Source of the DNA: Candidatus Spechtbacteria bacterium RIFCSPLOWO2_12_FULL_38_22
GTDB taxonomy: Bacteria; Patescibacteriota; Minisyncoccia; Spechtbacterales; 2-12-FULL-38-22
Length of the DNA stretch: 44,133 bases
Assembly (NCBI GenBank): GCA_001820055.1
Contig: MHOK01000009.1
Coordinates: 1 to 44,133 of the forward strand
Direction: 5' to 3'
Below, in pieces: positions 16,263 through 26,011 of the stretch; position 1 is the stretch's first letter; each line of letters begins with the position of its first letter. The translations under genes were made by a program, and so were the position numbers. Below the pieces are notes generated by a model that was given only the letters and a program-made list of their open reading frames with translations, ran no database searches and was not told the origin of the DNA.

Positions 16263-17276
16263 ATGCGCAGATTAGCGGTAGTTCTGGTGGTAATGGCTAT
16301 AGTTGCAACAGCTTGTTTCAGCGAAGCCGAAACGACCACAACCACTACACAATCGTTTCATAGCTTGCTTGAATTTCCTGATACACTTACGATTCATTAT
16401 GCCGATGGAGTAACTCCGCATGAAAAAGAAATAATAGAATTTGCTTTAGATAGCGTAGATAAATACATATTTCAAGCGAGTGGTATTGAAATGGTGGGCG
16501 AGATGTACATAACTGTAAGTTGGTTGGATTATAAGGATAAGGCGCAACAAATACTTGGCCAAGACGAAGAAACTGCAGAAAGAATGGGTATGAGTTCAAA
16601 GGGCGTTACTGTAACAAAAAGAGGTATAGTTATTATCAACTTGGAGCTTATAAGAGCACTACACGCTAACGATGACCCACGACAAAAAGAGCTTTCTTTT
16701 GACTATGACTTATTCTATGTTATAGCACATGAGTGGTATCACGCTGCGCAGGGCGCTCTATCGTTTGGATGGGACGGTTTGGCTAATTTGCCATCTTGGT
16801 TTACCGAATCTACAGCTAACATGGCAGCTGAATACACAATGAATGCCGCAACTTGTATGGATCTAGGCGAGTTATCAAAAGCGGGACAGCTCAAAGCGAA
16901 AGATTGTACTGACCAAGAAATTATGGAAAAAACCTATAACAGCTTGGCGTATAGATACATGACTTCTTCAGATGAAAGCTACCGTATGTTACGAGCTTTA
17001 TTCCTCTACTTGGTTCCCAAATATGGAGTTCTGCCGGTAAACGATTTTTATAAGATGCTGGGGGATTATGCAGCCCGCCTACATTTAAGCGGGGGTAGTA
17101 GCACTCAACAGAAGTCTTTTCAAGTTTTTGTAAACTCTGTGTGGCAAAAAACACTATTAAGCGCGTATGGTGTACAAGATCAAGCTGAGTTGTTCAGGGT
17201 CGCTAGTAGTTTTGTTGACGAACAGAGCCAGTCGATAGAAGGCAGAGCTATAATCGTTTTAGAACATACACAATAA
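16263..17276 (+). CDS. Lipoprotein with gluzincin-type metallopeptidase motif
   Basis: Lipobox VATA-C, poly-T linker, HEWYH...WFTESTA. Own TGn-TATACT promoter, SD and terminator. Confidence 0.8.
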   Translation: MRRLAVVLVVMAIVATACFSEAETTTTTTQSFHSLLEFPDTLTIHYADGVTPHEKEIIEFALDSVDKYIFQASGIEMVGEMYITVSWLDYKDKAQQILGQDEETAERMGMSSKGVTVTKRGIVIINLELIRALHANDDPRQKELSFDYDLFYVIAHEWYHAAQGALSFGWDGLANLPSWFTESTANMAAEYTMNAATCMDLGELSKAGQLKAKDCTDQEIMEKTYNSLAYRYMTSSDESYRMLRALFLYLVPKYGVLPVNDFYKMLGDYAARLHLSGGSSTQQKSFQVFVNSVWQKTLLSAYGVQDQAELFRVASSFVDEQSQSIEGRAIIVLEHTQ

Positions 17277-17284
17277 AAAAATAC

Positions 17285-17310
17285 ATCCCCGAGTAAAGTC
17301 GGGGATTTTT
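17285..17310 (+). terminator. Intrinsic terminator
   Basis: ATCCCCGA-GTAAAG-TCGGGGAT-TTTT. Confidence 0.85.
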
Positions 17311-17349
17311 ACTTGTTTTTTACTTTTTTTGCGCTAGAATGTACATTAT

Positions 17350-18126
17350 ATGGACAACACAGTACAAATACAGGGTTTGCCTGTATTTTATCGTGATAAG
17401 GGGCAAGGAGCGCCTATTTTAATATTACATGGATGGGACTCAAAGTCTGACACCTGGGTAAAGGTACAAGGAAACTTAGTAAATGCGGGTTTTAGAGTTA
17501 TTATCCCGGACTTACCAGGTTTTGGACAGACACCCCAGCCTCCGCGTGTTTGGAGCTTAAAGGATTATTGTGAATTTATACACGAGTTTACTCATAAATT
17601 GAATGTCAGTAAATTTACACTTGCAGGACATTCTTTTGGTGGTAGGATTTCCCTTGCTTATTGTGTCCGCTACCCAGAGGACTTAGATAAGCTCGTTTTG
17701 ATTGCGACAGCTGGAATTAAGCGATATAAACAGTGGAAAGTAAAAATATTTTTATTTCTAGCAAAAATAGGTAATGTTATTTTTTCGGTTCCAATTTTAA
17801 AATATTTTAAATCAATGACAAGAAAAGTTGCCTATAAACTTACAGGAGGACATGACTACGAGAAAGCAAGTCCTAGAATGCGGGGCATAATGAAAAACAT
17901 TTTGAATGAAGATTTGCGCGCTTTTTTGCCTCAAATTACAATACCCACGCTTATTCTGTGGGGGAATAAAGACAAAATGACTCCAGTTAAGGACGCTAGA
18001 ATTTTAAACACAGAGGTAAAAAATAGTCACTTGTATATTTTCCCCAATCAACCTCACGCCCTACAGTTAACAATGCCGGAAGAACTAGCCAGTCGTATGG
18101 CGGACTTTTTAAAAATTGAAACCTAA
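17350..18126 (+). CDS. Alpha/beta hydrolase
   Basis: LHGW, DLPGFG, GHSFGG, WGNKD, C-terminal His. Confidence 0.94.
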   Translation: MDNTVQIQGLPVFYRDKGQGAPILILHGWDSKSDTWVKVQGNLVNAGFRVIIPDLPGFGQTPQPPRVWSLKDYCEFIHEFTHKLNVSKFTLAGHSFGGRISLAYCVRYPEDLDKLVLIATAGIKRYKQWKVKIFLFLAKIGNVIFSVPILKYFKSMTRKVAYKLTGGHDYEKASPRMRGIMKNILNEDLRAFLPQITIPTLILWGNKDKMTPVKDARILNTEVKNSHLYIFPNQPHALQLTMPEELASRMADFLKIET

Positions 18127-18138
18127 AAACTACTACAC

Positions 18139-19776
18139 ATGTCTATTTTAATTCCAATAATTTTTACACTCTGGGCTACAACCACATTAAAAAATGTATT
18201 ATTTTGGACATACATATGGCAAGTAAAAGAGTACCGCTTGGACAGAATGAGGGTTCACTTTGAAATGCCAACTAGCGGAAGGTTGGTACTTAATAAACGC
18301 AATCTGGGGTTATCTATATTTTTACTATTTAGTTTTTTGCCATTCAACTTCACAACAGTACTAACTGCGGTTTTAATGCTCGTTTTATACGGATTTTTCA
18401 GTATACGAGTAGTGCAAGAGTTTCAAAACACAGCTCTAAAATTACCTCGTTTTACACTGCGAGGCAGTTTAATTGTCTCGCTGACGGCTGTAATATATAT
18501 ACTTTTAAGCACGGTCGTGTTTTTGTACTTCAATAAATTCATTCTAAACTGGTTTTTACTGGCAGATATTCTAACGCCTCTATTTGTTGCAGGTTCCATT
18601 TTATCTACCCATCCCTTAGCGCTTTGGTCTAAAAATAGGATTATAGCAAAAGCCACGAAGCGCAGAGAAAAATTTAGAAATCTTTTGGTTATTGGCGTAA
18701 CAGGCAGTTACGGTAAAAGCAGTGTTAAAGAGTTAATTGCTGCTATGTTAAAAGATAATTTTCAGGTTGTAAAAACCCCTGCAAATATCAATACGGACAT
18801 AGGAATCGCTCGTATACTGTTAAATAATGTAACCGACAAACACAACGTATTTGTAGTTGAAATGGGAGCCTATAGAAAGGGGGAGATAAAAAAAGCTGCA
18901 CAAATAGTAAAACCCCAAATTGGAATTTTAACTGGAATTAACCCTCAACACATTTCTTTATTTGGCAGTTTGCAAAATATACAAAAAGCTAAGTACGAAC
19001 TTATTGAAGCACTGCCAGATAAAGGTCTTGCGGTATTTAACGGAGATAACGAAAATGTTTTGTCTTTATTTCGTCAGTGTAAAAAACCCAAACGATTATA
19101 TACAACCGCTGGTACATTAGAAAAAATTTACCAAACCATTACTGTTAATTCGCTAAAAAATACACCTCGCGGGCTAGAGATTACTATAGCGGAAAAGGAA
19201 GAAGGAGAGGTTGTATTAAAATCTTCTCTTTTGGGTTTACATAACGCAACAAATATCATCGGTGCGGCAACGGTTGCTCGTGAATTAAATATCAAATATA
19301 GCGACATTAAAAAAGCTCTACTTAAAGTTAAAGCACCACCGCACACTTTACGTATTAGAAAAGGAATAAAAGATTCGACTGTAATTGATGATGCATATGC
19401 GGCAAACGAAGACGGCGTTTTAGCCGCGCTGGAGGTACTGAATAATATGAAAGAAGGATATGGTAAAAAAATATGTATTATGCAACCCCTCATAGAACTG
19501 GGTGATAACGCCGAAAGAGTGCATAAAAGAATCGCATCTCGCGCGGCCGAGGTTTGCGATTATTTAATAATGACATCCCGAGATTATTTTTCTATTGTAT
19601 TTAAAGAAGCTTTGGATAATGGAATGGATAAAGAAAAAATATTTTGTCTGCCAAAATCACAAGAAGCCCTTCGTAAAGCTCAAGAGATAATAGAAAAAGG
19701 TGATATTGTATTAATAGAAAATAGAGTGCCAGATGTAGTATTGAATGGAGTCATACTTCATTCAGCTGACAAGTAA
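18139..19776 (+). CDS. murF: MurF-type ligase with N-terminal membrane domain
   Basis: VTGSYGKS, VEMGAY, FNGD, HNATN, IDDAY. About 160 aa of hydrophobic N-terminus. Confidence 0.85.
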   Translation: MSILIPIIFTLWATTTLKNVLFWTYIWQVKEYRLDRMRVHFEMPTSGRLVLNKRNLGLSIFLLFSFLPFNFTTVLTAVLMLVLYGFFSIRVVQEFQNTALKLPRFTLRGSLIVSLTAVIYILLSTVVFLYFNKFILNWFLLADILTPLFVAGSILSTHPLALWSKNRIIAKATKRREKFRNLLVIGVTGSYGKSSVKELIAAMLKDNFQVVKTPANINTDIGIARILLNNVTDKHNVFVVEMGAYRKGEIKKAAQIVKPQIGILTGINPQHISLFGSLQNIQKAKYELIEALPDKGLAVFNGDNENVLSLFRQCKKPKRLYTTAGTLEKIYQTITVNSLKNTPRGLEITIAEKEEGEVVLKSSLLGLHNATNIIGAATVARELNIKYSDIKKALLKVKAPPHTLRIRKGIKDSTVIDDAYAANEDGVLAALEVLNNMKEGYGKKICIMQPLIELGDNAERVHKRIASRAAEVCDYLIMTSRDYFSIVFKEALDNGMDKEKIFCLPKSQEALRKAQEIIEKGDIVLIENRVPDVVLNGVILHSADK

Positions 19777-19786
19777 CTAAAAACAC

Positions 19787-21031
19787 ATGGTTCATATATC
19801 TCTTTCACCAAATTTAGAAAAAGATGACCTTTTAACTGCTTTGAGTAGATTATTTTTTGTTTGGGAATGGAAGGGGAGTAAATATCTAAACAAACTAAAA
19901 AAAATGTTTGCAGATTATTTTGCAAACGATAGTATATATTTTTTTAATAGTGGCAGAAGCGCTCTTTTTGTTTTTTTAAAATCTCTACATCTTAAAATAG
20001 GGGATGAAGTAATAATGCAATCTTTTACTTGCAACGCAGTTGTAAACCCAATCTTGTGGGCTGGCGGTAAGCCAATGTATACAGATATAGATGAAACTTT
20101 TAATTTAGACATACAATCTTTAGAAAAAAATATAACACAAAATACAAAGGCGATAATCGTACAAAACACATTTGGCATTCCGGCGCGCATAGATAAAATT
20201 TTGGAAATCGCAAAAAAACATAGCATTTTAGTAATTGAAGATTGCGCGCATGCTCTAGGAGCTACATACAAAAAACAAAAAGTTGGCACGTTTGGAGATG
20301 TTGCTTTTTTCAGTTTTGGCCGCGATAAGGTTATATCTTCGGTTTATGGCGGAGCGCTTATGATAAATAATGACCTTTTGAAAAAAAACTTTGAAAACGA
20401 ATATAAAAATATTCAACGGCCCTCTGTTTTTTGGACACTTCAACAGTTGTTACATCCTTTAATCACGTATGTTGCTTTGGGCATGTATAATTTTGGAGGC
20501 AAATATGTATTGTTCGGCGCACAAAAAATACATTTATTATCCAAGGCGGTAAGTAAAATAGAAAATTTTGGTAAAAAACCGCAGTACCTTCCATGTTTTT
20601 TGCCCGACTCATTAGCCGCATTGGCATTGAACCAATTTAAAAAACTAGATAATTTAAATCTACACAGACGCAACTTGGCGCGTATTTATGAAAAAAATTT
20701 TAAAGATAGAGACGATGTTTTATATATTGAGCATTACGACGAGGGTACTATATGGTTGCGTTATCCAATAATGCATAGCGATGCAGACAAGATAAAAAAA
20801 GAGGCAGAATTGCGGGGTATGATTTTAGGAGATTGGTATAGAGAGGTTATAGCGCCAGACGGTACAAATATGGAAACTATGAATTATCAACTAGGCAAAA
20901 ATAAAACGGCAGAATATGTGGCTTCAAAAGTGCTTAATTTGCCGACAAACATCAGAACTAGCCAAATGGAAGCGCAAGAAGTTGCTAGTCTTGTAAAAGC
21001 GTATAACTGGAAACAGCAATTTAAAAAATAA
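19787..21031 (+). CDS. DegT/DnrJ/EryC1/StrS PLP-dependent aminotransferase
   Basis: SGRSAL, IEDCAHALG, FSFGRDK, LNLP. Confidence 0.93.
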   Translation: MVHISLSPNLEKDDLLTALSRLFFVWEWKGSKYLNKLKKMFADYFANDSIYFFNSGRSALFVFLKSLHLKIGDEVIMQSFTCNAVVNPILWAGGKPMYTDIDETFNLDIQSLEKNITQNTKAIIVQNTFGIPARIDKILEIAKKHSILVIEDCAHALGATYKKQKVGTFGDVAFFSFGRDKVISSVYGGALMINNDLLKKNFENEYKNIQRPSVFWTLQQLLHPLITYVALGMYNFGGKYVLFGAQKIHLLSKAVSKIENFGKKPQYLPCFLPDSLAALALNQFKKLDNLNLHRRNLARIYEKNFKDRDDVLYIEHYDEGTIWLRYPIMHSDADKIKKEAELRGMILGDWYREVIAPDGTNMETMNYQLGKNKTAEYVASKVLNLPTNIRTSQMEAQEVASLVKAYNWKQQFKK

Positions 21032-21057
21032 AAATCCCCGTGGTTTACGAGGATTTT
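21031..21057. terminator. Bidirectional terminator
   Basis: AAAATCCCCGT-loop-ACGAGGATTTT. Confidence 0.75.
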
Positions 21058-21072
21058 GCAAGAAGAGTACAA

Positions 21073-21252
21073 TTACCGTAAATTTTTACTATTTCCGATA
21101 TCCCTCCCAATCATGTATGCCAAACCAAGAACAACAACTACTGCAAAACTAATTATCGAGTAAGTGACCCAAAGTACCAATAATGCGCAAAATAAACCCA
21201 AACCAATCAGAACTAAAAGCCCCAAACCTAAGTCTTTAAGCGCAGTAAGCAT
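21073..21252 (-). CDS. 59-aa two-TM membrane peptide (absent from the ORF track)
   Basis: MLTALKDLGLGLLVLIGLGLFCALLVLWVTYSIISFAVVVVLGLAYMIGRDIGNSKNLR. AGGAAAAGG upstream, terminator downstream. Confidence 0.65.
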   Translation of the reverse strand: MLTALKDLGLGLLVLIGLGLFCALLVLWVTYSIISFAVVVVLGLAYMIGRDIGNSKNLR

Positions 21253-21310
21253 TGTGCCTTTTCCTGGCTAGACGGCCGATCTAAAACCACATTAGCATAC
21301 TATATATTTT

Positions 21311-22360
21311 ATGTCAAGTACATCTCTAAAAATCTACGAAATAAGAGAAAAACAAGTTTGGGAAAACTTTGTAACCTCGCAAGAGGAACATTCTTTTTTG
21401 CATTCTTGGGCATGGGGAGAGTTTAATAAAAGCATGGGGGATAAAATATGGCGTCTTGGGGTTTATGAAAGTGGTGAATTAATTGCTGTAGCGTTACTTA
21501 TTAAAGTTCATGCAAGGCGCGGAGATTTTTTATTTGTACCACACGGACCGATCATAGAAAACCAAAAGTATAATTTAAAATTTAAAATTTTAGAAATTTT
21601 GACTAAAGAATTTAGAAAAGCGGCTAAAGAAGAAAAAACTAGTTTTGTTAGAGTAAGTCCGTTATTTAAAAATACTGAAGAAAACGCAGAAGTATTTAGA
21701 AAATTACAGTACAGACCAGCGCCTATATATATGCACGCTGAAGTTACCTGGACATTGTCCTTGAAGAAATCTGAAAATGAACTGCTGTATGGCATGCGTA
21801 AAAATACGCGAAATTTGGTAAGGCGTGCAGAAAAAGAAGAGGTTAAAATAGAGTTTGGCACCAGCCCCGATGCGCTCGATGAATTTATGAAATTATATAA
21901 ACAAACCTCTCACAAGCACTCTTTTATTCCATTTTCTAAGCGTTACATAGAAAATGAAATAAAAGCATTCGATCAAGAAAAAAAATGCAGTATAAAAATT
22001 TATCTTGCCAAATATAGCGGACAATGCATATCGGGTGCTATAATTGTGTTTTACGGAAATAGCGCCTTTTACCACCATGGAGCAAGCGGAAGCGGTTTTT
22101 CAAAGATTCCGGCATCGTACTTATTGCAGTGGGAAGCTATGAAAGATGCAAAAAAAGAAAATAAAGAGTTTTATAACTTTTGGGGCATAGCAAAAAATGA
22201 AGAAGATAAAAAACATCCATGGTATGGACTTAGCTTATTTAAAAAGGGGTTTGGCGGAGAACGAAAAGATTATTTGCATGCGCAGGATTTAGTTATATCG
22301 CCATTGTATTGGTTAAGTTATGCTGTAGATAAAGCAAGACTATGGAAAAGGGGGGTATAA
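21311..22360 (+). CDS. FemABX-family tRNA-dependent peptidoglycan peptidyltransferase
   Basis: SFLHSWAWG, VPHGP, MRKNTRNLVRRAEK, YLLQWE, YNFWG, FKKGFGG. Confidence 0.92.
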   Translation: MSSTSLKIYEIREKQVWENFVTSQEEHSFLHSWAWGEFNKSMGDKIWRLGVYESGELIAVALLIKVHARRGDFLFVPHGPIIENQKYNLKFKILEILTKEFRKAAKEEKTSFVRVSPLFKNTEENAEVFRKLQYRPAPIYMHAEVTWTLSLKKSENELLYGMRKNTRNLVRRAEKEEVKIEFGTSPDALDEFMKLYKQTSHKHSFIPFSKRYIENEIKAFDQEKKCSIKIYLAKYSGQCISGAIIVFYGNSAFYHHGASGSGFSKIPASYLLQWEAMKDAKKENKEFYNFWGIAKNEEDKKHPWYGLSLFKKGFGGERKDYLHAQDLVISPLYWLSYAVDKARLWKRGV

Positions 22361-22421
22361 AAAAGTTAAAAGTTAAATACAAACTTAAAAAATAAAAACC
22401 AATGTGCTAAAATAGATTGAT

Positions 22422-23828
22422 ATGACGCAAAGAATACCAATTAAAGATATAGTTAATAACAAAGATAACTCGGTTACACTCGCTGGATGGGTAAATACTA
22501 GAAGAGACCACGGTAAACTCATTTTTTTAGATTTGAGAGACAGAACTGGTATAGTTCAGCTTGTGATTTCTCAAAAAAATAATCCAGAACTTTATAAATC
22601 CGCCCAAGACATTAAAGACGAATGGGTTATTGAAGTAAGTGGAATGGTAAAGGAGCGTCCTGATAATATGAAAAATCCGCAATTAGAAACAGGACTTTTT
22701 GAGATACCAGTTGCCCAATTAAAAATTCTAAGCAAGGCTGAAACTTTACCCTTTTCAGTAAATACAGACGGATATGATATCTCCGAAGACTTGCGTTTAA
22801 AATATAGATACTTGGACTTGCGCAGGCCAAGAATGGTAGAGCTTCTAAAAATAAAAGATGCCTACAAAGCGGAGATTTCATCTTTTCTTAGAAAAAAAGG
22901 GTTTATGCATATTGATACTCCAATTTTAACCAAATCTACGCCCGAAGGAGCGCGAGACTTTCTAGTGCCTTCACGCAACTACCCAAGTAAGTTTTACGCG
23001 CTACCGCAGTCACCTCAACAATATAAACAGTTGCTTATGGTGGCGGGCGTTGAAAAGTATTTTCAATTTGCAAGATGTTTCCGCGATGAAGACTTGCGTC
23101 AAGACAGATTATTGGAATTTGAACAAATAGATATAGAAATGTCTTTTGTAGATCAGGAAGATGTTTTGAAGTTAATAGAGGAACTCGTTATTTATGTGTC
23201 AGAGAATGTGCTGGGTAAAAAAATTCAAGACAAACCGTTTCCGCGTTTCAGTTACGAGGAATCTATAAAAAAATTTAAAACAGACAGGCCAGACTTAAGA
23301 AAAAATCCAGATGATTCTAGTGTTTTAGCTTATACATGGGTAACCGACTTTCCTATGTTTGAAAAGTCGCAAGACGGAACTATAAACCCCGCGCATCATC
23401 CTTTTACCGCGATTCAAGATAAAGATATACAAAAACTAGACGATAAAAAAGAAGTTTTAAACATAAAAGCAAAGCAGTACGACTTGGCCCTCAACGGTTC
23501 TGAAGTATTTGGAGGAAGTATTAGAACGCATCAATCGGATATTTTACAAAAAGTTTTTGAAGTTTTAGGACATACAAAAAATGAAATTGAAAAAAAATTT
23601 GGACACCTCTTAGAAGCTTTTTCTTATGGAGTTCCGCCCCACGGAGGAATTGCCGCCTCTGATAGGTGGCTAATGGTAATGCTGGGAGAACGCAGTATAC
23701 GAGAAGTATTTGCTTTTCCAACTACAGGAACTGGGCGCGCGGCGATAATGGATGCTCCCAGTGATGTAGATAGCGAACAACTTAGGCAGTTGGGTTTAAA
23801 AATAGTTAAGGCTAGTAAAAAGAAATAA
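22422..23828 (+). CDS. aspS: Aspartyl-tRNA synthetase, short form (probably non-discriminating)
   Basis: RRDHG, RLKYRYLDLRR, STPEGARDF, LPQSPQ, CFRDED, YGVPPHGG. Confidence 0.96.
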   Translation: MTQRIPIKDIVNNKDNSVTLAGWVNTRRDHGKLIFLDLRDRTGIVQLVISQKNNPELYKSAQDIKDEWVIEVSGMVKERPDNMKNPQLETGLFEIPVAQLKILSKAETLPFSVNTDGYDISEDLRLKYRYLDLRRPRMVELLKIKDAYKAEISSFLRKKGFMHIDTPILTKSTPEGARDFLVPSRNYPSKFYALPQSPQQYKQLLMVAGVEKYFQFARCFRDEDLRQDRLLEFEQIDIEMSFVDQEDVLKLIEELVIYVSENVLGKKIQDKPFPRFSYEESIKKFKTDRPDLRKNPDDSSVLAYTWVTDFPMFEKSQDGTINPAHHPFTAIQDKDIQKLDDKKEVLNIKAKQYDLALNGSEVFGGSIRTHQSDILQKVFEVLGHTKNEIEKKFGHLLEAFSYGVPPHGGIAASDRWLMVMLGERSIREVFAFPTTGTGRAAIMDAPSDVDSEQLRQLGLKIVKASKKK

Positions 23829-23829
23829 T

Positions 23830-24924
23830 ATGTTTAGAATCCATCTAAGAAAAATAAAATATAAACTTCAGGACATAAGCAGAAAACACAGAACAAAAAT
23901 AAAAGTCTTAGGCCCCCTTTCTGCGTTTATATTAGTAGTAGGGGGTACTATACTACTACTAAACAATTTTGGACAAAACAATGTGCGTCATGACGCTTTA
24001 GAGGACAATGAGTTTAAATTAAGCTTAGTTTCCAGAGAGGATTTTTTAAAAAAGTATCAAAATTTGCGACTAAATACCTTGCCCCAAGGTGATACGCTAA
24101 GCTCGTCCATAAGCGGATTCATAAAAAATAATACTGTAGATGCTCTTTTGCCTGCGCGAAACTGGCAGGTGCAGTTTGAAGATGTTGAAGCAACTAGCGC
24201 ATTAGCAATTTATATGCCCGAAAAAAGAATTTTGTATGGAAGAAACATATTTGAAACACGGCCTATCGCAAGTTTAACAAAACTAATGAGCGCGCTTGTA
24301 ATAATGGATGAATTTAACCTGGATGATGTAATTACAATAACCAATGAAGCAATACTGGAAGAGGGGGATTCCGCGAATTTAGTTGCAGGAGAACAATTTA
24401 GCGTAAAAGAACTACTATACGCACTGCTTTTGGAAAGCAGTAACGATGCAGCCACTGCTTTTAAAATACAACTTGAAAAAAACAAACCTCAAACAAGTTT
24501 TGTTGCCTTAATGAATCTTCGCGCGAAAAATATGGGGCTTCAAAATACTTTGTTTGTAGAACCGTCCGGACTTAGTGAAAAAAATGTATCAAGCGCATAT
24601 GAGCTATCACAAATTTTTTATACAGCGTTTGAAAACCCAATACTCGCCCAAACCATGGCAGAAAGTAGCTACACAACAAAATCTTTAAATAAGGACATTA
24701 CTCATTTTTGGGTTAATTTAAATAGTTTACTGGGCGCTTACGAAGGCTTGCTAGCTGGTAAAACCGGTTTTACCAATGAAGCAGGACCTTCAATGGCCGG
24801 AATCGTTGCCTCACCCATAAAAGACACACATGTTGTTTCTGTAGTGCTTGATGCCCAGGATAGAATAGAAGCAACCCGTCAACTTTTTGACTGGGTAAAA
24901 AAAGCATACATTTGGGAGGAGTAA
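23830..24924 (+). CDS. D-Ala-D-Ala carboxypeptidase (S11)
   Basis: ASLTK (SxxK), SSN (SxN), GKTG. N-terminal TM. Confidence 0.93.
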   Translation: MFRIHLRKIKYKLQDISRKHRTKIKVLGPLSAFILVVGGTILLLNNFGQNNVRHDALEDNEFKLSLVSREDFLKKYQNLRLNTLPQGDTLSSSISGFIKNNTVDALLPARNWQVQFEDVEATSALAIYMPEKRILYGRNIFETRPIASLTKLMSALVIMDEFNLDDVITITNEAILEEGDSANLVAGEQFSVKELLYALLLESSNDAATAFKIQLEKNKPQTSFVALMNLRAKNMGLQNTLFVEPSGLSEKNVSSAYELSQIFYTAFENPILAQTMAESSYTTKSLNKDITHFWVNLNSLLGAYEGLLAGKTGFTNEAGPSMAGIVASPIKDTHVVSVVLDAQDRIEATRQLFDWVKKAYIWEE

Positions 24925-24946
24925 ATAAATATAACAAGTATTTATA

Positions 24947-25984
24947 ATGGAAACATTAGAACTAGTTAGAATAATCATTTTAGGAGCTACTGCGTTTGGT
25001 GTGGCATTTTTTTTAACACCTCTTGCAACCCATTTTTTATATAAATATAAATTTTCAAAACAAATAAAATCAGAAAAGGTTGCGCCAGTGTTTAATAAAT
25101 ATCATAAACATAAAGTTGGCACACCTACAATGGGCGGCGTACTTATATGGGGAACTGTTTTATTGTTGTTAGTATTTTTTTACTTAGTTCATCTAATATT
25201 TCCAAACTCTGATTTAGCAAGTTTAAATTTTTTAGATAGAGGTGAAACCTATTTGCCAATTGCTGCTTTAATAATCGCCGCCCTATTTGGATTAGCAGAT
25301 GATATTTTAGGAGTATTACATATCGGTCCTCGGGGTGGGGGATTGCGAATGTCCCATCGCATACTTTTGTATACTGTTGTAGGTGCGCTTGGGGCACTCT
25401 GGTTTTTTTTCAAATTAGATTTGACAACTCTCAACGTGCCTTTCTGGGGTGAGTTTAATATCGGCATATGGTACATACCATATTTTATATTTATTATCGT
25501 TGCTACGGCTTTTTCCACTAACGAGACTGACGGTTTAGATGGATTAAGTAGTGGGATACTTATGGTTGCTTTTGCCAGTCTTGGTATTTTTGCATTTTTA
25601 CAAGGCCATTATCATCTTACGAGCTTTATTGCGATAATATTGGGCGCTTTACTTGCATTTTTGTGGTTTAACATTCCACCCGCCCGTTTTTATATGGGCG
25701 ACACGGGGTCAATGAGTTTAGGAGTAACATTAGGGGTTATAGCTATGCTTACGAGTGCGTCTTTATTGCTTCCATTTATTGGATTTGTATTGGTTATGGA
25801 ATCTTCATCCGTAGTAATTCAAACAATTTCAAAAAAATTTTTTAAAAAGAAAATTTTTCATTCAACTCCAATTCATCATCATTTCGAAGCTCTTGGATGG
25901 CCAGAAAGCAAAATTGTAATGAGATTTTGGATAGTAGCTGTTGTTATGGCCGGATTTGGAATTGTTATTGGAATAGTAGGATAA
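24947..25984 (+). CDS. mraY: Phospho-MurNAc-pentapeptide translocase
   Basis: GTPTMGG, DD, TDGLDG, MGDTGS, PIHHHF. Confidence 0.97.
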   Translation: METLELVRIIILGATAFGVAFFLTPLATHFLYKYKFSKQIKSEKVAPVFNKYHKHKVGTPTMGGVLIWGTVLLLLVFFYLVHLIFPNSDLASLNFLDRGETYLPIAALIIAALFGLADDILGVLHIGPRGGGLRMSHRILLYTVVGALGALWFFFKLDLTTLNVPFWGEFNIGIWYIPYFIFIIVATAFSTNETDGLDGLSSGILMVAFASLGIFAFLQGHYHLTSFIAIILGALLAFLWFNIPPARFYMGDTGSMSLGVTLGVIAMLTSASLLLPFIGFVLVMESSSVVIQTISKKFFKKKIFHSTPIHHHFEALGWPESKIVMRFWIVAVVMAGFGIVIGIVG

Positions 25985-26011
25985 ATTTAATAAAAATATA
26001 AAACTTTTTAT

